The notes under the pieces: model-generated
What the model was told of the DNA's origin: nothing
Databases searched by the model: none
The model's input: the letters and a program-made list of their open reading frames with translations, nothing else
Source of the DNA: the human T2T-CHM13v2.0 reference genome, Homo sapiens
DNA length: 64,000 bases
NCBI RefSeq assembly: GCF_009914755.1
Contig: NC_060928.1
Strand: one strand, 5' to 3'
Shown here: positions 26,323 through 41,575 of the stretch, piece by piece
How positions within the stretch are numbered: position 1 is the first letter of the stretch
Layout of the letters: each line of letters begins with the position of its first letter
Made by a program: the position numbers and the translations under genes

Positions 26323-27863
26323 GTCAGGGGATGAAGTCTAAAACACACTTCAGGATGAACTCCTGCCTCTTAGAAATCAAGGAGTTTATCTCATTTCTGA
26401 TGACCACACATGGCTCTATTTCAACTGCGATTAGAAACCCCAGAAGAGTTTTTGTTTTGTTATATACATATTTTTTTTAAGTAAATGCAGTATATAAACA
26501 TTCAGGATTGAACTCAACCTTCTGGAGTCAGCTCCTCTAGAGTAAGGGAGGAGATATTTTTGTTGTTGTTGTTTTGTGGTTTTGTTTAATTTTTAATCAC
26601 CAGGCAGGTTACATTCATATGCCACTGGAATGACAATAGGGCCCTAGATAGCGATATGACTATAGAATGTAGGACTGGCTCCTGAGAATACAAATAGGTT
26701 CTCTTGCTTTTCAATGGCCATGACTTGGCATGCTTTCTCCCTACCCTTACTCAAGTAGGTCCTTAGTAAAAAAAAAAAAAAAAAAAAAAAAAAACAGCGG
26801 TAGCAAAAACCTCGGAATTACTACTTCTCAACTCTTTTGGATAAAAAGAATCTTTCCTTGGTTTATACTGAGGGCCCATACCCCAGAGGTACCATTCTAA
26901 CTAGATCATATAAAGAAAGTGAGAGCGGGAGAAAAAATGGCTACATAAAGATCAGAGCCACTCATTCCTATCTGCAGCTCCAACTTAAAATCCCTGTAGA
27001 TTTGGTCAGTGTGATGTGTAATAGGGTAAAGCTGCAAAGAAACACTATGAGCAAGTAAGGTATTCCTTGGGATAGTAGCCTGTCTGCTTGCTTTCACTCC
27101 TTGACCATGCCCTTGACAGTTACAGCTTGTATGGCTTCATACATGGCCTCCTTGTTTCCTAGGTACTGCATATGTTTGAAGGACTTCTCCCAATTCAATT
27201 CATAAACAACAAGAATACTAGTCTGCAGACTAAGCTCTATGGCAGCTTCTTCAGAGCAACCCTCTCTATGTTTGACAATTCCCTGAAGGCTGTTCTGTGG
27301 ACCACAGTTAGTGTCCAGTTCCCTTCCTTAATCTGAGGAACTATTAATTCTATCCAAAAGGGCAGAACTCTGGCAGTAATGTCCCTCAGACTTTAACAGG
27401 GTACTAGCTGTTCTTCTGTGAGGTCTTCATGTCTGTGATCCTCACTGATGTTGCTGTAGAAAGAATGGCCAGGGCTTATCGGAGGTGGTGGGATATCATA
27501 CGAGCACCTCCAGATCTTCATCTGGATCTCATCCTACTTGACAGCAGTTTCTACTTTATTGACGTTAGGCCCCCAAAGTGCCACTCACCAAAGTGCAAAA
27601 TCCTTAGTACTGCAGCTGCATTTGATCAATGACATCTAGCACTGTGCAGAGTATTGGAATTGCTCTCTTCTGCACTGAGGTGAGGCAGATGTCAAAGTCA
27701 TATCCAGAATCTCCCTGTACCTGCCTGCCATGCTTCCCTTCCTCCTGTTCCTCAGGCTTCACATCAGAGTTGTACCAGCTATTACAACAGCTCTGCAGAT
27801 TCTAGGCATTCTCCTGTACATGGTCAGCAGTGGGTTCAGAATACTGTGGAGACTCTGGGGATG
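26235..27863 (-). pseudogene. PGAM1P: PGAM1 (phosphoglycerate mutase 1) processed pseudogene: 5' UTR stub, full CDS (about 27847 to 27094) and about 850 bp of 3' UTR
   Basis: Manual minus-strand translation gives [127 protein letters not shown], colinear with PGAM1 and intronless. Stops at 27802-27804, 27534-27536 and 27393-27395; several frameshifts; ATG is replaced by ACA. Downstream sequence matches my recollection of the PGAM1 3' UTR. Confidence 0.95.
26281..26320. repeat. (CA)20 microsatellite inside the pseudogene 3' UTR
   Basis: Perfect CA run seen directly. Confidence 0.98.
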
Positions 27864-28317
27864 ACTTTTTAGATCCAACACCAAAGTCATGATCCATGGA
27901 AGAAAGAGTTGATAAGTTGGACTTGATTAAAATTAAATTCTCAGCTCTGTGAAGGGCACTCTTAGGAAAATGAAGAGACATATCATAGACTGAGGGGAAG
28001 TATTTTCAAAAGACATCTAACAAAGGACTGTTATCCAAAATATACAAAGAACTACTAAGACTCAAAAATAAGAAAACAATCTTATTTAAAAAAGAGTCAA
28101 AGTCCTTAACAGACACCTCACCAAAAAAGACATATAGATGGCAAATATGCATATGAAAAGATGCTCCACATTATATGTCAAAAGAGAAATGTAAATTGAA
28201 GAAACAATGAGATGCCACTGCATACCTATTAGAATGGCCAGAATCGAGAACACTGACCCAGAAAATCCTAATGAGGATGCAGAGCAACAGAGGCCCTCAT
28301 TCATTGCTTGTAAAAAT

Positions 28318-28352
<35 letters not shown>

Positions 28353-28426
28353 ACAGCCACTTTAAAAGACAATTTGAGAATTTTTTTTTTGTAAACAAAA
28401 CCAAAAACTAAACTAAACTAAACATA
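27860..28426 (+). mobile_element. L1MC1/2-like ORF2 3' fragment with an internal expanded A tract (about 28320-28350)
   Basis: 'gatgactttttagatccaacaccaaag...aacagacacctcaccaaa...atacctattagaatggcc...cagccacttt'. Confidence 0.85.
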
Positions 28427-28427
28427 A

Positions 28428-28502
28428 GGCCACGTGCTGTGGCTCATGCCTGTAATCCCAGCACTTTAGGAGGTCAAGGCAGGTGGATAGCTTGAGCTTA
28501 GG
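28428..28502 (+). mobile_element. Alu/FLAM left-arm fragment
   Basis: 'ggccacgtgctgtggctcatgcctgtaatcccagcactttaggagg...cttgagc'. Confidence 0.9.
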
Positions 28503-28927
28503 GCTAGTGAAACCCCTAGGCCCTAGGAGCCCTAGGAGCCCAGAGCCAACCAGAATAGATATGTATTCTGGTTGTGCATCCAAATTCAGCTATAAAGATG
28601 TTATTATGACGGATTTTAATGGACAACTTATCACTATCAAACTCTTTGCCATAGCCTGACACAATAGAAAAATAACAATTTGAGCTCCCTAATTAGATTC
28701 TATTCATCATTCACACAAATTTTGTTAGTAGATAAAGCGGCTATTTTTTATGATTCCATATGAGAAGTAGAAGAACATAGTTGTGGAAAACTGCAAACAT
28801 AACCTAAGATTAGATAATTATCATCTCCAAACTTCCTTATTGGTTGCCCAGCCAGCAGACTATATCAACTCTTGCCCCCTTGCTTTTCAGTGCCCGGTCT
28901 CATTGACTTCTTGCTTTCTTTGATCAG

Positions 28928-29133
28928 TGTGAAGATTAATTTTGTGTGTCAATTTGATTGTGCCATGTTTCCCTGTTCCCTGAATCTCCAATTTTATTGG
29001 ACTATGGATTTCCAAAGCCTCCACAAGCATATGAAGACAATACCTTAAAGTCTCTCTCTCTCTCTCCACACACATTCACACACACACACACATCCTGCTG
29101 GTTCTGTTTCTCTGGAGAACCCTAACTAGTGCA
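28928..29133 (+). mobile_element. Internally deleted MLT2 (ERVL) solo LTR
   Basis: 'tgtgaagattaattttgtgtgtcaatttga'...'tcctgctggttctgtttctctggagaaccctaactagtgca'; TSD ATCAG at 28923-28927 and 29134-29138. Confidence 0.85.
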
Positions 29134-29671
29134 ATCAGTGACCACTTTTTGATCCTCACCCCCAGCTTCAAGTTCTTTCCTCACTCTTCTCTACAAAAAT
29201 TTGATTACCTCTCCTCTTACTCTCAAATGGTAGAGTAAACCCTTCAATATGTTTAATAAACACATGATTCTCCTTAATAGTATCTACTTGGAGGAAAATC
29301 TGGGTTACAGAAAAAAAATTATGGCAAAATTTTACATCTGCAAGCTTTGCTCTGAGTTTAAAAGTTGCTGAAAGCGTAATATTTTTGGGGTCATGATTTA
29401 CAAATAATTGGGAAAAACCTACAATTATAAAATTCTATGTTGCCTGATGAAAATTTAGACATTTTATTTTAAAGAGGCTAAAAATTTAAAAATTTCAAGG
29501 TTTTCAAAGAACTTTAAAGATCTTTGAATATATGTGAAACTTTTATCTGTGACTTTCAGATACTTAACCAAAAATATGCTGCAGAACATTATTTATTCTT
29601 AATTTATTATCATGAACATATTATGCAAAATATGCTAATGACATTGTCTTTTATTTTCATTCATTAATTTG

Positions 29672-30530
<859 letters not shown>

Positions 30531-31029
30531 CTTTGGAATTCCCATTGTGTATATATTATATATATATTAAATATATATATATTTATATATTGTCTTTATT
30601 CTCTATTAATCTTTTCACATATTTTTCTCTCTCCTTTCCCAGAATCCCCTACATATACTAATAAATGAATGAAATAAACGATATTTACTGAGCTTATTCT
30701 TAAAACTTTGCATTTATTTTTAACTAGATATTATATATATTTTTCAAAAAGACAAAATAAGAAATTTTTTTTTTTAGTTTTTTTTAGATGACTGTACTTT
30801 CTTGGTGTGGGTATTCTCTCCCCCACCCCACTTCCTATGCACAGTTTGTGTGTGTTTGTGCATATGGATATGTATGCATTTTTACAGCAATATAGTGGAT
30901 GTTATATTACATTACTAATATTTTTCTAATTGATACGTTTTTAAAGCTCTTATTGTATCTACTCTTAAAAATATATGCTCAAATGAGGATTTATTTTATG
31001 AAAGATTCTTTACAAATACTGTCAATACA

Positions 31030-31140
31030 TTTGAATATATTCAGCAATCTTTTTAGCACACTTGCAAAGCAAGTTTGCACTGGGCTGGTATTTGATACGC
31101 CTGATAAAAATAAAATGTGGTCACTTCCCAAATGTCTCTA
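31030..31140 (-). mobile_element. L2 3' end fragment
   Basis: 'attcagcaatctttttagcacac...gcactgggc...aaatgtggtcacttccc'. Confidence 0.45.
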
Positions 31141-32251
31141 ATATAATAAAATTCACTTTTCTCAGACTGCCATTTTATTTTAATTTGCATAAAATGCAGA
31201 TTTTAAAATAAAGAATATCAGCTTTAATTCAATGGGAATCCTCATCTTAGATTGAATATGAAAAAGTGCCATGTATGCTTATCAATCAGTACACCTATAG
31301 ATTTTAAACACAATCTTTTCAATAGTTGTTGAGTTAAAAAGTCCAATGGCAGATATACAAACACCCCAAGACAAGAAATACATCTATCTCTTTTCTTACT
31401 GTCATTTCATCTTTTAGTTTCAACTAAAAATTATGCTATAAATTCACATATCCATATTTGAGTAGCATTTGTGATTATTATTGGATATTTCAAATTCACC
31501 CATCTTTTGTCTGATTCATATTTGAAAGATATGGTAATTAGCTTTGCTATAGTAAAGGTTACTTTTAAGTATTAAATTTCATTTATCTTTTGATTTTATG
31601 TGGTATATTTGATTAAATTGTCATGATTTATACTCATATAAATTTCTATTTTTTGTGTGATTATTTTATTACATTTATCACTTCTATATCCAAAATACAT
31701 TCTGAGCCATGTGCTCATTTTTCTCAAGTCTTACCATTTCTATTTTCTAAAGAATACTTCATTTTCTCTTAGTTTTATCAAGTTATCACTGTGTGTCCTT
31801 CTGATATAGTATGATGTATTTTGAAATTACTTGTTCACATGATATGTAATATTCTGCACATTTTCTCACATTTTCCTAGTTATGTTTAAGAAATTTGTTT
31901 TCCATAGACTTGTTAGACATATAACTAACTCCTGAAATTCATTTATACAATTTTACTTAACACGTCTCTTTACACATTTTTCTGGGCTTATATTATTTTG
32001 TGATTAAGTCAGTTTATCCTTGTTTCTTATTAAGACTTTGAAGGATTTCAGTCTTGGATTTAATCTTAATATAGTGCAAAGAGAGGATACAAATTTGTTT
32101 TTCTTGACTTACCCTCCAGATACATAATTCTTAATTTGAAAACACATAAGTACTGTTGAATATTTTTACTTTGTCTAGGTATTTTTATGTCAACTCAACT
32201 TCTGAAATAATCAGCATCAATCACTTTTTAATCATATTTTCTAAATTTGCA

Positions 32252-32435
32252 TTTTTTATTTTTTAATTTTTGTGGGTACATAGGCATATATATTTATGGG
32301 GTACATAAGATATTTTGGTAAAGGCATACATGCATAATATTCACATTATGAAAAGTTGAATATATTCATCCCTAAGCATTTTTGCTTTGTGTTAAAACAA
32401 CTCAATTATACTCTTTTAATTATTTTTAAATGTAC
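32252..32435 (-). mobile_element. L1MA1-3-like 3' end
   Basis: 'tttaatttttgtgggtacataggcatatatatttatggggtacataagatattttg...caattatactcttttaattatttttaaatgtac'. Confidence 0.85.
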
Positions 32436-35400
32436 CACATTTTTTTCAATATGAATTGAGCAAAGTCATCTGTATTTATCTACACCTGACTTAAACTGAG
32501 CTGATTTGCAGCCAACTGTGATATAAAATTTGGATCTCTGATTTTGAAATAGTATCTTTTTTTGGGCACAACTTTAAGAGTTTTTATTTTTGGCAAATCC
32601 ATTGAGAGATAATCCTGTTTGGCTGCTGCTTATTTGACATTGGTTGGCTTACCTTGTGGTTGGCAGAATAAATTGAGGCTACTATGAAAAAATGTACAAA
32701 CACGATATCAAAATACATTGGTCATATAATAGTATCAGCTATAATATATCTGGATTAAAATATCTAAAGACAAATTTCTTAATTTTTTTCTTTGACTTGG
32801 AAAATAACAAAGTTGTCATTTTAGTAACAGTCCTAAAAATATTCTAGCAATATCTAAAATAACACATAAAGTAACCAATTAATAATACCATTTTATTATT
32901 TAGTTACCTTAAATATATTACAATATATTTAATGTCAATTTTATATCAAAGTAAAAATACAGAAATAATAAGTTTCACTATAGATCATTTAAAGCTACAA
33001 AGTTCCCTAGGGACTAAATACAAATAAAAACAAAGCAACAACAACAACAAAACACCAGCAACTAAAACTGCTTGGAATGACAATCTTTTCTTTTTTAATT
33101 TCCTGTAGCAATGTGTAAATAAGCTTTGGTTTTTATGCTAGCAAATACAAAATCAACAGACCTTCTTTTTCTGGACACAGATGCCTGCTTAATGAATTTG
33201 GAACTGGCATTGCCACAGGTGCAAAGAGTCTAGGAATGCTTAATTGCTTGTTCTTGCAAAGCCCTGGCAGACTAAAACCAATATGTTTTACTTGCATGTG
33301 TCACTTAGAGAAGCTTGCTTATTCAAGCATGGTCTACATCTCTTCTACCTTTGCATGTCAACATGTCTTGACAATAAGATTGTGCTGGGCATTTAAAGTA
33401 GTAAAGAGCTTGCCAGTTATTATAAGAAAATGACTAAACCAAGTATAATATTGACTGGCTAACATCAGGGGTTCAACTTTTTACTACTTAGTCTTTCTCA
33501 TCATACTTAAATATTGTATCTGAGAAGTCTATAAAAACTATTTTTATTTTTTGTTTTATAATATCTTTTGTTAAGCCAATGTTGACCAGTAAATTGTGCA
33601 TTATTTGTATGAGTTTATTTTCCAGATGATTCTGTATACTTCATAAATTGTCTATTCTGGTTGGGTAATGAAAATTACTATTTAATAAATAAACATCAGA
33701 GCAGCTTAGCATATACTATTTTCATGTTTAAATATAAAACTATAGATATAACCTGCTAAAACCTTTAGTTTAGCCTCAGTAACTAAGGTAGACTAAAAAA
33801 GTGAAATTGAGGAATAAAACAAGAAACTGATATGTGGCTTCTCAAAGGGAAGTTTTGCTGTTTACTGACATAATTTTCATAGAAAAATAATAGTACTTAC
33901 AACCCTTTGATAACTAATATAAATCATGGTGTTGTGCATACTCATGCATGTACCTATAAGTATGTTACATAATATTCATTACGAATCACATTAAAATAAG
34001 TAATATACATTAAGTGAATGTAATTTTAATTTTAATTTGTTTAAAATATGTTTTAAAATCATTCAAGAAAAGAAGAAGATAAATGTATTATAAAAATTGA
34101 AATGTTAGGCCAAATCGGATTATATTATGAAGGAATAAGATTTTTTTCTCACAAATGGTTTTCATTTATGGCAGAGAAAATGTGAGTTGATAAACAGGAG
34201 TGCCTTCAGATAAGCCATAGATACAGTATAATTACATATGCTACCATGAAAACATCTAATCTTTATGTTTAATGACACAATTTTGTGTTCCCTCTAAAAC
34301 AGAAAAATAATTTATGTTTTAAGAAAAGATGCAAACTTTTCAAGACTATATCAATATTTGGCACATTTTGGCAGGATAGGTGAGTGATTTTCAAATTTCT
34401 GCAATGAAAAGGAGATGAAAACAAAAGAATTGAGAACTTTATTTGAATTCAGAATAAATGCCTATAAGAAAAGAAGGAAGAGGAAGAAAGTCTTGGGAGG
34501 AATCATGAAACATCTAAGGAATCACCATACTATTAATGAAAGATTCACAAGAAATGCATGAAGCCAAAAGGAGTTGTAGTTTTGAACTTTTATCATATTA
34601 GTATTCCAAAGCATTGCTTTGAACAAATACCTGGGCTTTATGAGATACTATTATTATTGTCTAACATTTTTCTCTTAAACATTTATTTTTACCTCTAGAA
34701 GAATCTCTTCTTACTGACAGTACCCTTTCCTTTGCATTTAATGTATTATCTTTTTGATTACGCTTGATGTGGTTATCTCTGCACTTGTGCCCCATATACA
34801 TATATTTTCACACACACATAAAAAATAATAATCTCTATATAAAACATTTTACAGAGAACAATTTGATATAAATGTATTTACTGTTTACTTTTGATCCAGA
34901 ATTGTTTTCAGTATTCTGTTTTCATATAATATTTCTTCTTCATTACTACCTAATATCCTATCAAAAACATCCCTGTAAATTCTATACTGTAATCTGCAAT
35001 AATCTTTTGCTGATAAAAATTATATAGCAAGAAACATCCTAATTTGTGTCTCTATATTCCTCTGTGCAAGATTTCTCTGGCATTAGTTATACATATGTTT
35101 AATAATATGCCTTGTTACACAAAGCTGAATAATTACTAAAAGATGTGGATCTTGGAAAAGGGTAATACAATTAAGAAATGAATAAGAAAAATGTTAATGT
35201 AGCTAAAGCCAAAATGATGAGAAAATAATAAGATAGTGAAGCAGACTCTCTAGTAATTTATCTAGAGTCATTTTACAAAGGGCAACAGGAATAAAAGGAT
35301 GATGCAACCTTTAGATAAAATCATACAGACTAAAGAAACATATACAGAAAGAGAATGTTTAAGAATTTCTGTGGACTAGATATAGACCTTCACATAAGAA

Positions 35401-36759
35401 TAAGGCTATATATAATATATGAAACAAAAATTAAGGAGTATGACAAATCTATGAGGTAAAAGCAACTGAAAATGCATTGCAAAATTTACTAATATTGGAA
35501 AACCAGATCAAAAAGGGCATTTTAAAAATTAATTGTCAGTAAAACAAAAAGTTCTTAGAATAAATATAATGCCAAAATATAGGAGAGTTAGCTTCTCTTG
35601 CAAGAACATTCTGGAAATAAAATAATTTTTTTTCAATTAGCAATTATGAAAGATTATGTTGCTATTTAGACAGAAGTATAATTTCTTCAAAATTAGAAAG
35701 ATAGTCTAAGCTAGATTAGTTGGCTATAAAAAAACTGTAATATTTTTAAAAATTTAAAATTATGGATGAACTGTGAAAAACAGTAAAAAGTTAAACATTA
35801 GTTAAACAAAATCCCACTGCATAAAAATAATTAGGAAACAGCAAATATTCAGGAGTATATTTTGAATAATATGTACTCTTTGACAGAAGTTTTATGCATT
35901 TAATGAGAGTTCCATTTGCATTTTAATACATGATTATGTTCATTTTTAATAAAAGCCTGTGAATAAAATATATCTAATTTTCAAATAATAATTAAATGTG
36001 ACTATTTTTTGCACTTTTAAATTAAATGTGCTTTGCATACTAAAAGTTAGTCATTTTAGGGCAACCAAAATATGAAGTATAAGATAAACCTGTTATTCTA
36101 TTTTTCCTCTTTCTCTTTTCTTCCCAGGAAATTGTCAATGTAAAGGTTTACTTTTGCTAGCTATGTGCTATGAGTTATTTAGCCTTCCCAAGTTATTTTC
36201 TATCATTTAAGTAACAACACTACTTAAAATAGCCATGAAATTGATCTCTGCTGAGTAACAAAAAGCAAAGCAGAGCTTGGGAAACTTCTTTTAGTGCTGT
36301 GTATTTGTTAGTTGAGAAGGGTGAGAATTGATTCCCTGCCAAACCTAAATTTGACATTACTTTTATAAGTGACACAACTGGAAATGGTCTCAATTTTCAT
36401 TGATTCATTTAAAAAATTCTAAGATCATTAATTACTTTGAACGTTATAGATATTAATTAATAATTTTGTTGCCCCTTTTGTCTATTTAAAATTTGTATTG
36501 TATAAATATTGTAATTTAAATTACATTTATAATGGCTTATATAAAATGTGACAATTCTTCCATTTATCTCAATGTATGTTTAATATTTTATTGAAATTTT
36601 GAGATGCTTTTCTCATGTAAGCAGACAGTTTTTGATATCACAAAATAGATTTTGAATCACTTTTGTTAAAAACAACTAACCACAAAAGAGGTATACAGTT
36701 TTTAAAAATTCTGGAGTGTTTCTGCATGAACCAAGTTTACACCTACTTCCCTAGTTGAC

Positions 36760-37117
36760 TTGGAGGCAATTGTGATTAATGCAGGAATTGCCCTATATCT
36801 GAATAATTCTAAAGGCCCATTTCACTGCCAGAGTCCTCTGCTGGGATGACTGAGGGCTTCATTGAGACTGTATTTTTCTCCCTCTGCCCAATCCTGATTC
36901 TTTTATATATCATCCATGACTGTGGATCCTAAGAGAACGTAGGGGAGCAGGACTTAATGTCAGGTATAGAAAAGTTCCAAAAGTTAAGCTCACAATGAAA
37001 GTAGCCCTGACCTCTTAAGGTCAGAGATTGGAAAAGAATGAGATACAGGATGGTAAGATCTGGATTGATACACCTGAAAATCTTGAATCTCCAGATTCCT
37101 TTGAATGTCATGACCCT
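36760..37117 (+). mobile_element. LTR16-like fragment plus ERVL (HERV16/ERV3-16A3-like) internal fragment
   Basis: 'ccctctgcccaatcctgattc...gtggatcctaagagaac' (LTR16-like), then 'gatctggattgatacacctgaaaatcttgaatctccagattcctttgaa' (gag-like). Confidence 0.6.
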
Positions 37118-37126
37118 CATTCTTTC

Positions 37127-39144
<2,018 letters not shown>

Positions 39145-39296
39145 TGATGGCTAATGCATTCTCATTTTTTTTTGAAGACTCTTCTCTGTAAGATAGCATA
39201 TGCCTTCAGGAAAATTATTGATTTTCTGATTGTTAGGTGAAGTTCAATTATATTTATTTAATCAAGCTTGCAATTTATGTTATTCAAGTATGCTTG

Positions 39297-39413
39297 AGTA
39301 TTTTATTTTCTATTGAAAGGATAATATTTTGTACTTAAGTGTTTTATTTTCTATTGAAATGATAATGTTTTCTACTTAAGTATTTTATTTTCTATTGAAA
39401 GGATAATATTTTG
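39297..39413. repeat. 41-bp tandem repeat, about 2.9 copies, within an old L1M
   Basis: Unit agtattttattttctattgaaaggataatattttgtactta starts at 39297, 39338 and 39379. Confidence 0.92.
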
Positions 39414-39881
39414 AATATTTTATTTTACTATATTGGATTTGTCATTTCTTACCATTTTACTTTTATATATTTAATTTTGTATTTTTCAATGTATAAGTGT
39501 TTATCATTACAGTAGATTCTTGGTAATTTGTATATTTAATCAATGTGAGTATTTTTGTTCATGCTATTATTAATATAAACTTTTTTAAAATCCCATTTCA
39601 TCTGACACGAATATTAATACACGTGTTTTCTTGATAATCTCATTTGCTTTCTGTATCATTTTCCATTCCTTAATTTTCAACTCTTGTTCAATCCTTTTTA
39701 GATGTCTCTTAAAGCTAGCACAAACTAAATTTTTTTATTTAACCCATTTTTCTGTGCTTTGTAATAAAGGAATTTTAGAGTTATGTGGGGTTTTATTCCA
39801 TAGTTTTGTTCATTTCATAAATGTATATGAAAAAATTTACCTCAAATGACACCTCACAGGTTTATTTATTTTCTTACCAAT

Positions 39882-40340
39882 GGGTATGAGTTGAATTGTG
39901 TCAACTTAAAACTCATATATTGATGTCTTATCCCTTGGCACCTAAGAAAGTAACCTTATTTGAAAATAAGGTCATTGTAGATAAAATTAGCTAGGATGAG
40001 GCTACACTGGAGTGGGTTGGGTCCCTAATCCAGTGTGATTGTTGTCCTTATAAAAAGAAAAAATTTGGACACAGATGCACATAAGGAGAAAATTATCAAA
40101 GATGAAGGCAGAGGTTGGGTGATGATTCTACTATTCCATAAATGCTAGATTTTGCCAGCAAACCACCAGAAGCTAGGGATGAGGCATAAAACTCATTGTT
40201 CCTCACAGCCCTCAGAAGGAAACAGCTATGCAGATACATTGATCTTGGACTTCTGTCCTTCATAACTTCAAAAACAAATTTCTGTCATTTATGCCCAGTT
40301 TGTGGATATTCTCTTATGGCAACCCAAGCAAAGTAATATA
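39882..40340 (+). mobile_element. MLT1B/C solo LTR
   Basis: 'tatgagttgaattgtgtc...gtaaccttatttgaaaataaggtcattgtagat...gccagcaaaccaccagaagctagg...tatggcaacccaagcaaagtaata'. Confidence 0.88.
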
Positions 40341-40361
40341 TGACTCACTATGTTTTTAAAC

Positions 40362-41575
40362 GCATTTTCCCTATTTTTTGCATCCTTGCCAGTATTGGCT
40401 ATTTTTTTTCTTTTTGATAACAACCATTTTAACTGGGTTGAGGCGATATCTCATTGCAGTTTTGATATTCATTTCCTTGACAAACAGTAATGTTGAGGAT
40501 ATTTTATATACCTCTTGGCCATTTGTCCATATATTTTTTGAGAATTTTTTATTCAGATCATTTGCCCATGGTTTTAGATTATTCTTTTGTGTTGAGTTTT
40601 TTATATATTCTGGTTATTAGTACCTTGTTAGATATGTAATCTGCAAATATTTTCTCCCATTCTGTAGGTTGCTTTTTACTCTCTTTATTGTTTCCTTCAC
40701 TGTGCAGAAGGTTTTTGGTTTAATCTAATCCTATTTGTCTATGTTTGCTTTTGTGGCTTGGGCTTTTGAGGTCTTACCACAAAGAATGTTTGTGCAGACC
40801 AATGTCTTGAAGTGTTTCCTCAAAGTTTTCTTCCAGTAGTTTCATAGTTTAAGGACTTACATTTAAGTCTTTTTGGAAAATAGTTTGGAGTACTCCTCAA
40901 CAAACTTAAATTAAAATGTCATATGATCCAGAAATTCTACTGTTGGGAATAAATGCAAAAGAAATAAAATAACTTTGTCAAAGAAATATCTGCATTCTTA
41001 TGTTCGTTGCAGCACTATTCATAGTAGCCAAAATATGGAATCAACGTAAGTATCCTTCAACAGATAGGTACAAAAATGTTGTATATATACACACTGCAAT
41101 ATTATTTAGCTATAAAAAAACAAAATTCTGTTCTTTGCATCAACATGGATGAGCCTGGAGGACATTATGTTAAGTGAAATAATTCAGGCACAGAAAAACA
41201 AATATTACATGTACTAACTCATATGAGGGAGCTTAAAAAGTTTCTTTCAAGGCGTCGGAGAGTAGAATGATAGTTACCAGATGTTGAAAAGGATATGAGA
41301 AAGGGGAAGATAGAGAGAGGTGGGTTAGTGTGTAAAAAATATACAGTTAGATGGAAAGAATAAATTCTAGTGTTCCATAGCACAGTAGGGTGACAATAGT
41401 TAACAGCAATTATAGTAGATTTTAAAGATAGCTAGAAGATTTAGAATGAGAACACAAAGAAATAATAAATGTTTGAGGCAATGGATATTCTAATTACCCT
41501 GTTTTGATTATTAACATTGTATGCATGTATCAAAATATTATAAGAACCCTATAAGTATGAAGAGTTATATATTAA
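40362..41575 (+). mobile_element. L1MA-type element with 5' inversion
   Basis: Minus-strand ORF2 piece at about 40362-40872 joined to plus-strand ORF2 end and L1MA 3' UTR at about 40873-41575. Confidence 0.8.

Noticed and set aside
26768-26794. A tract as the retrocopy poly(A) tail
   Set aside because: Wrong strand for a minus-strand retrocopy, and UTR homology continues on both sides.
27429-27632. Plus-strand 67-aa ORF
   Set aside because: Antisense shadow of the PGAM1 pseudogene.
26590-27860. Initially read as an ERVL pol fragment
   Set aside because: Minus-strand translation matches phosphoglycerate mutase, not pol.
28320-28350. A tract as an L1 3' terminus
   Set aside because: It lies inside ORF2-derived sequence ('aatgcaaaa...tacagccac'), so it is a local expansion.
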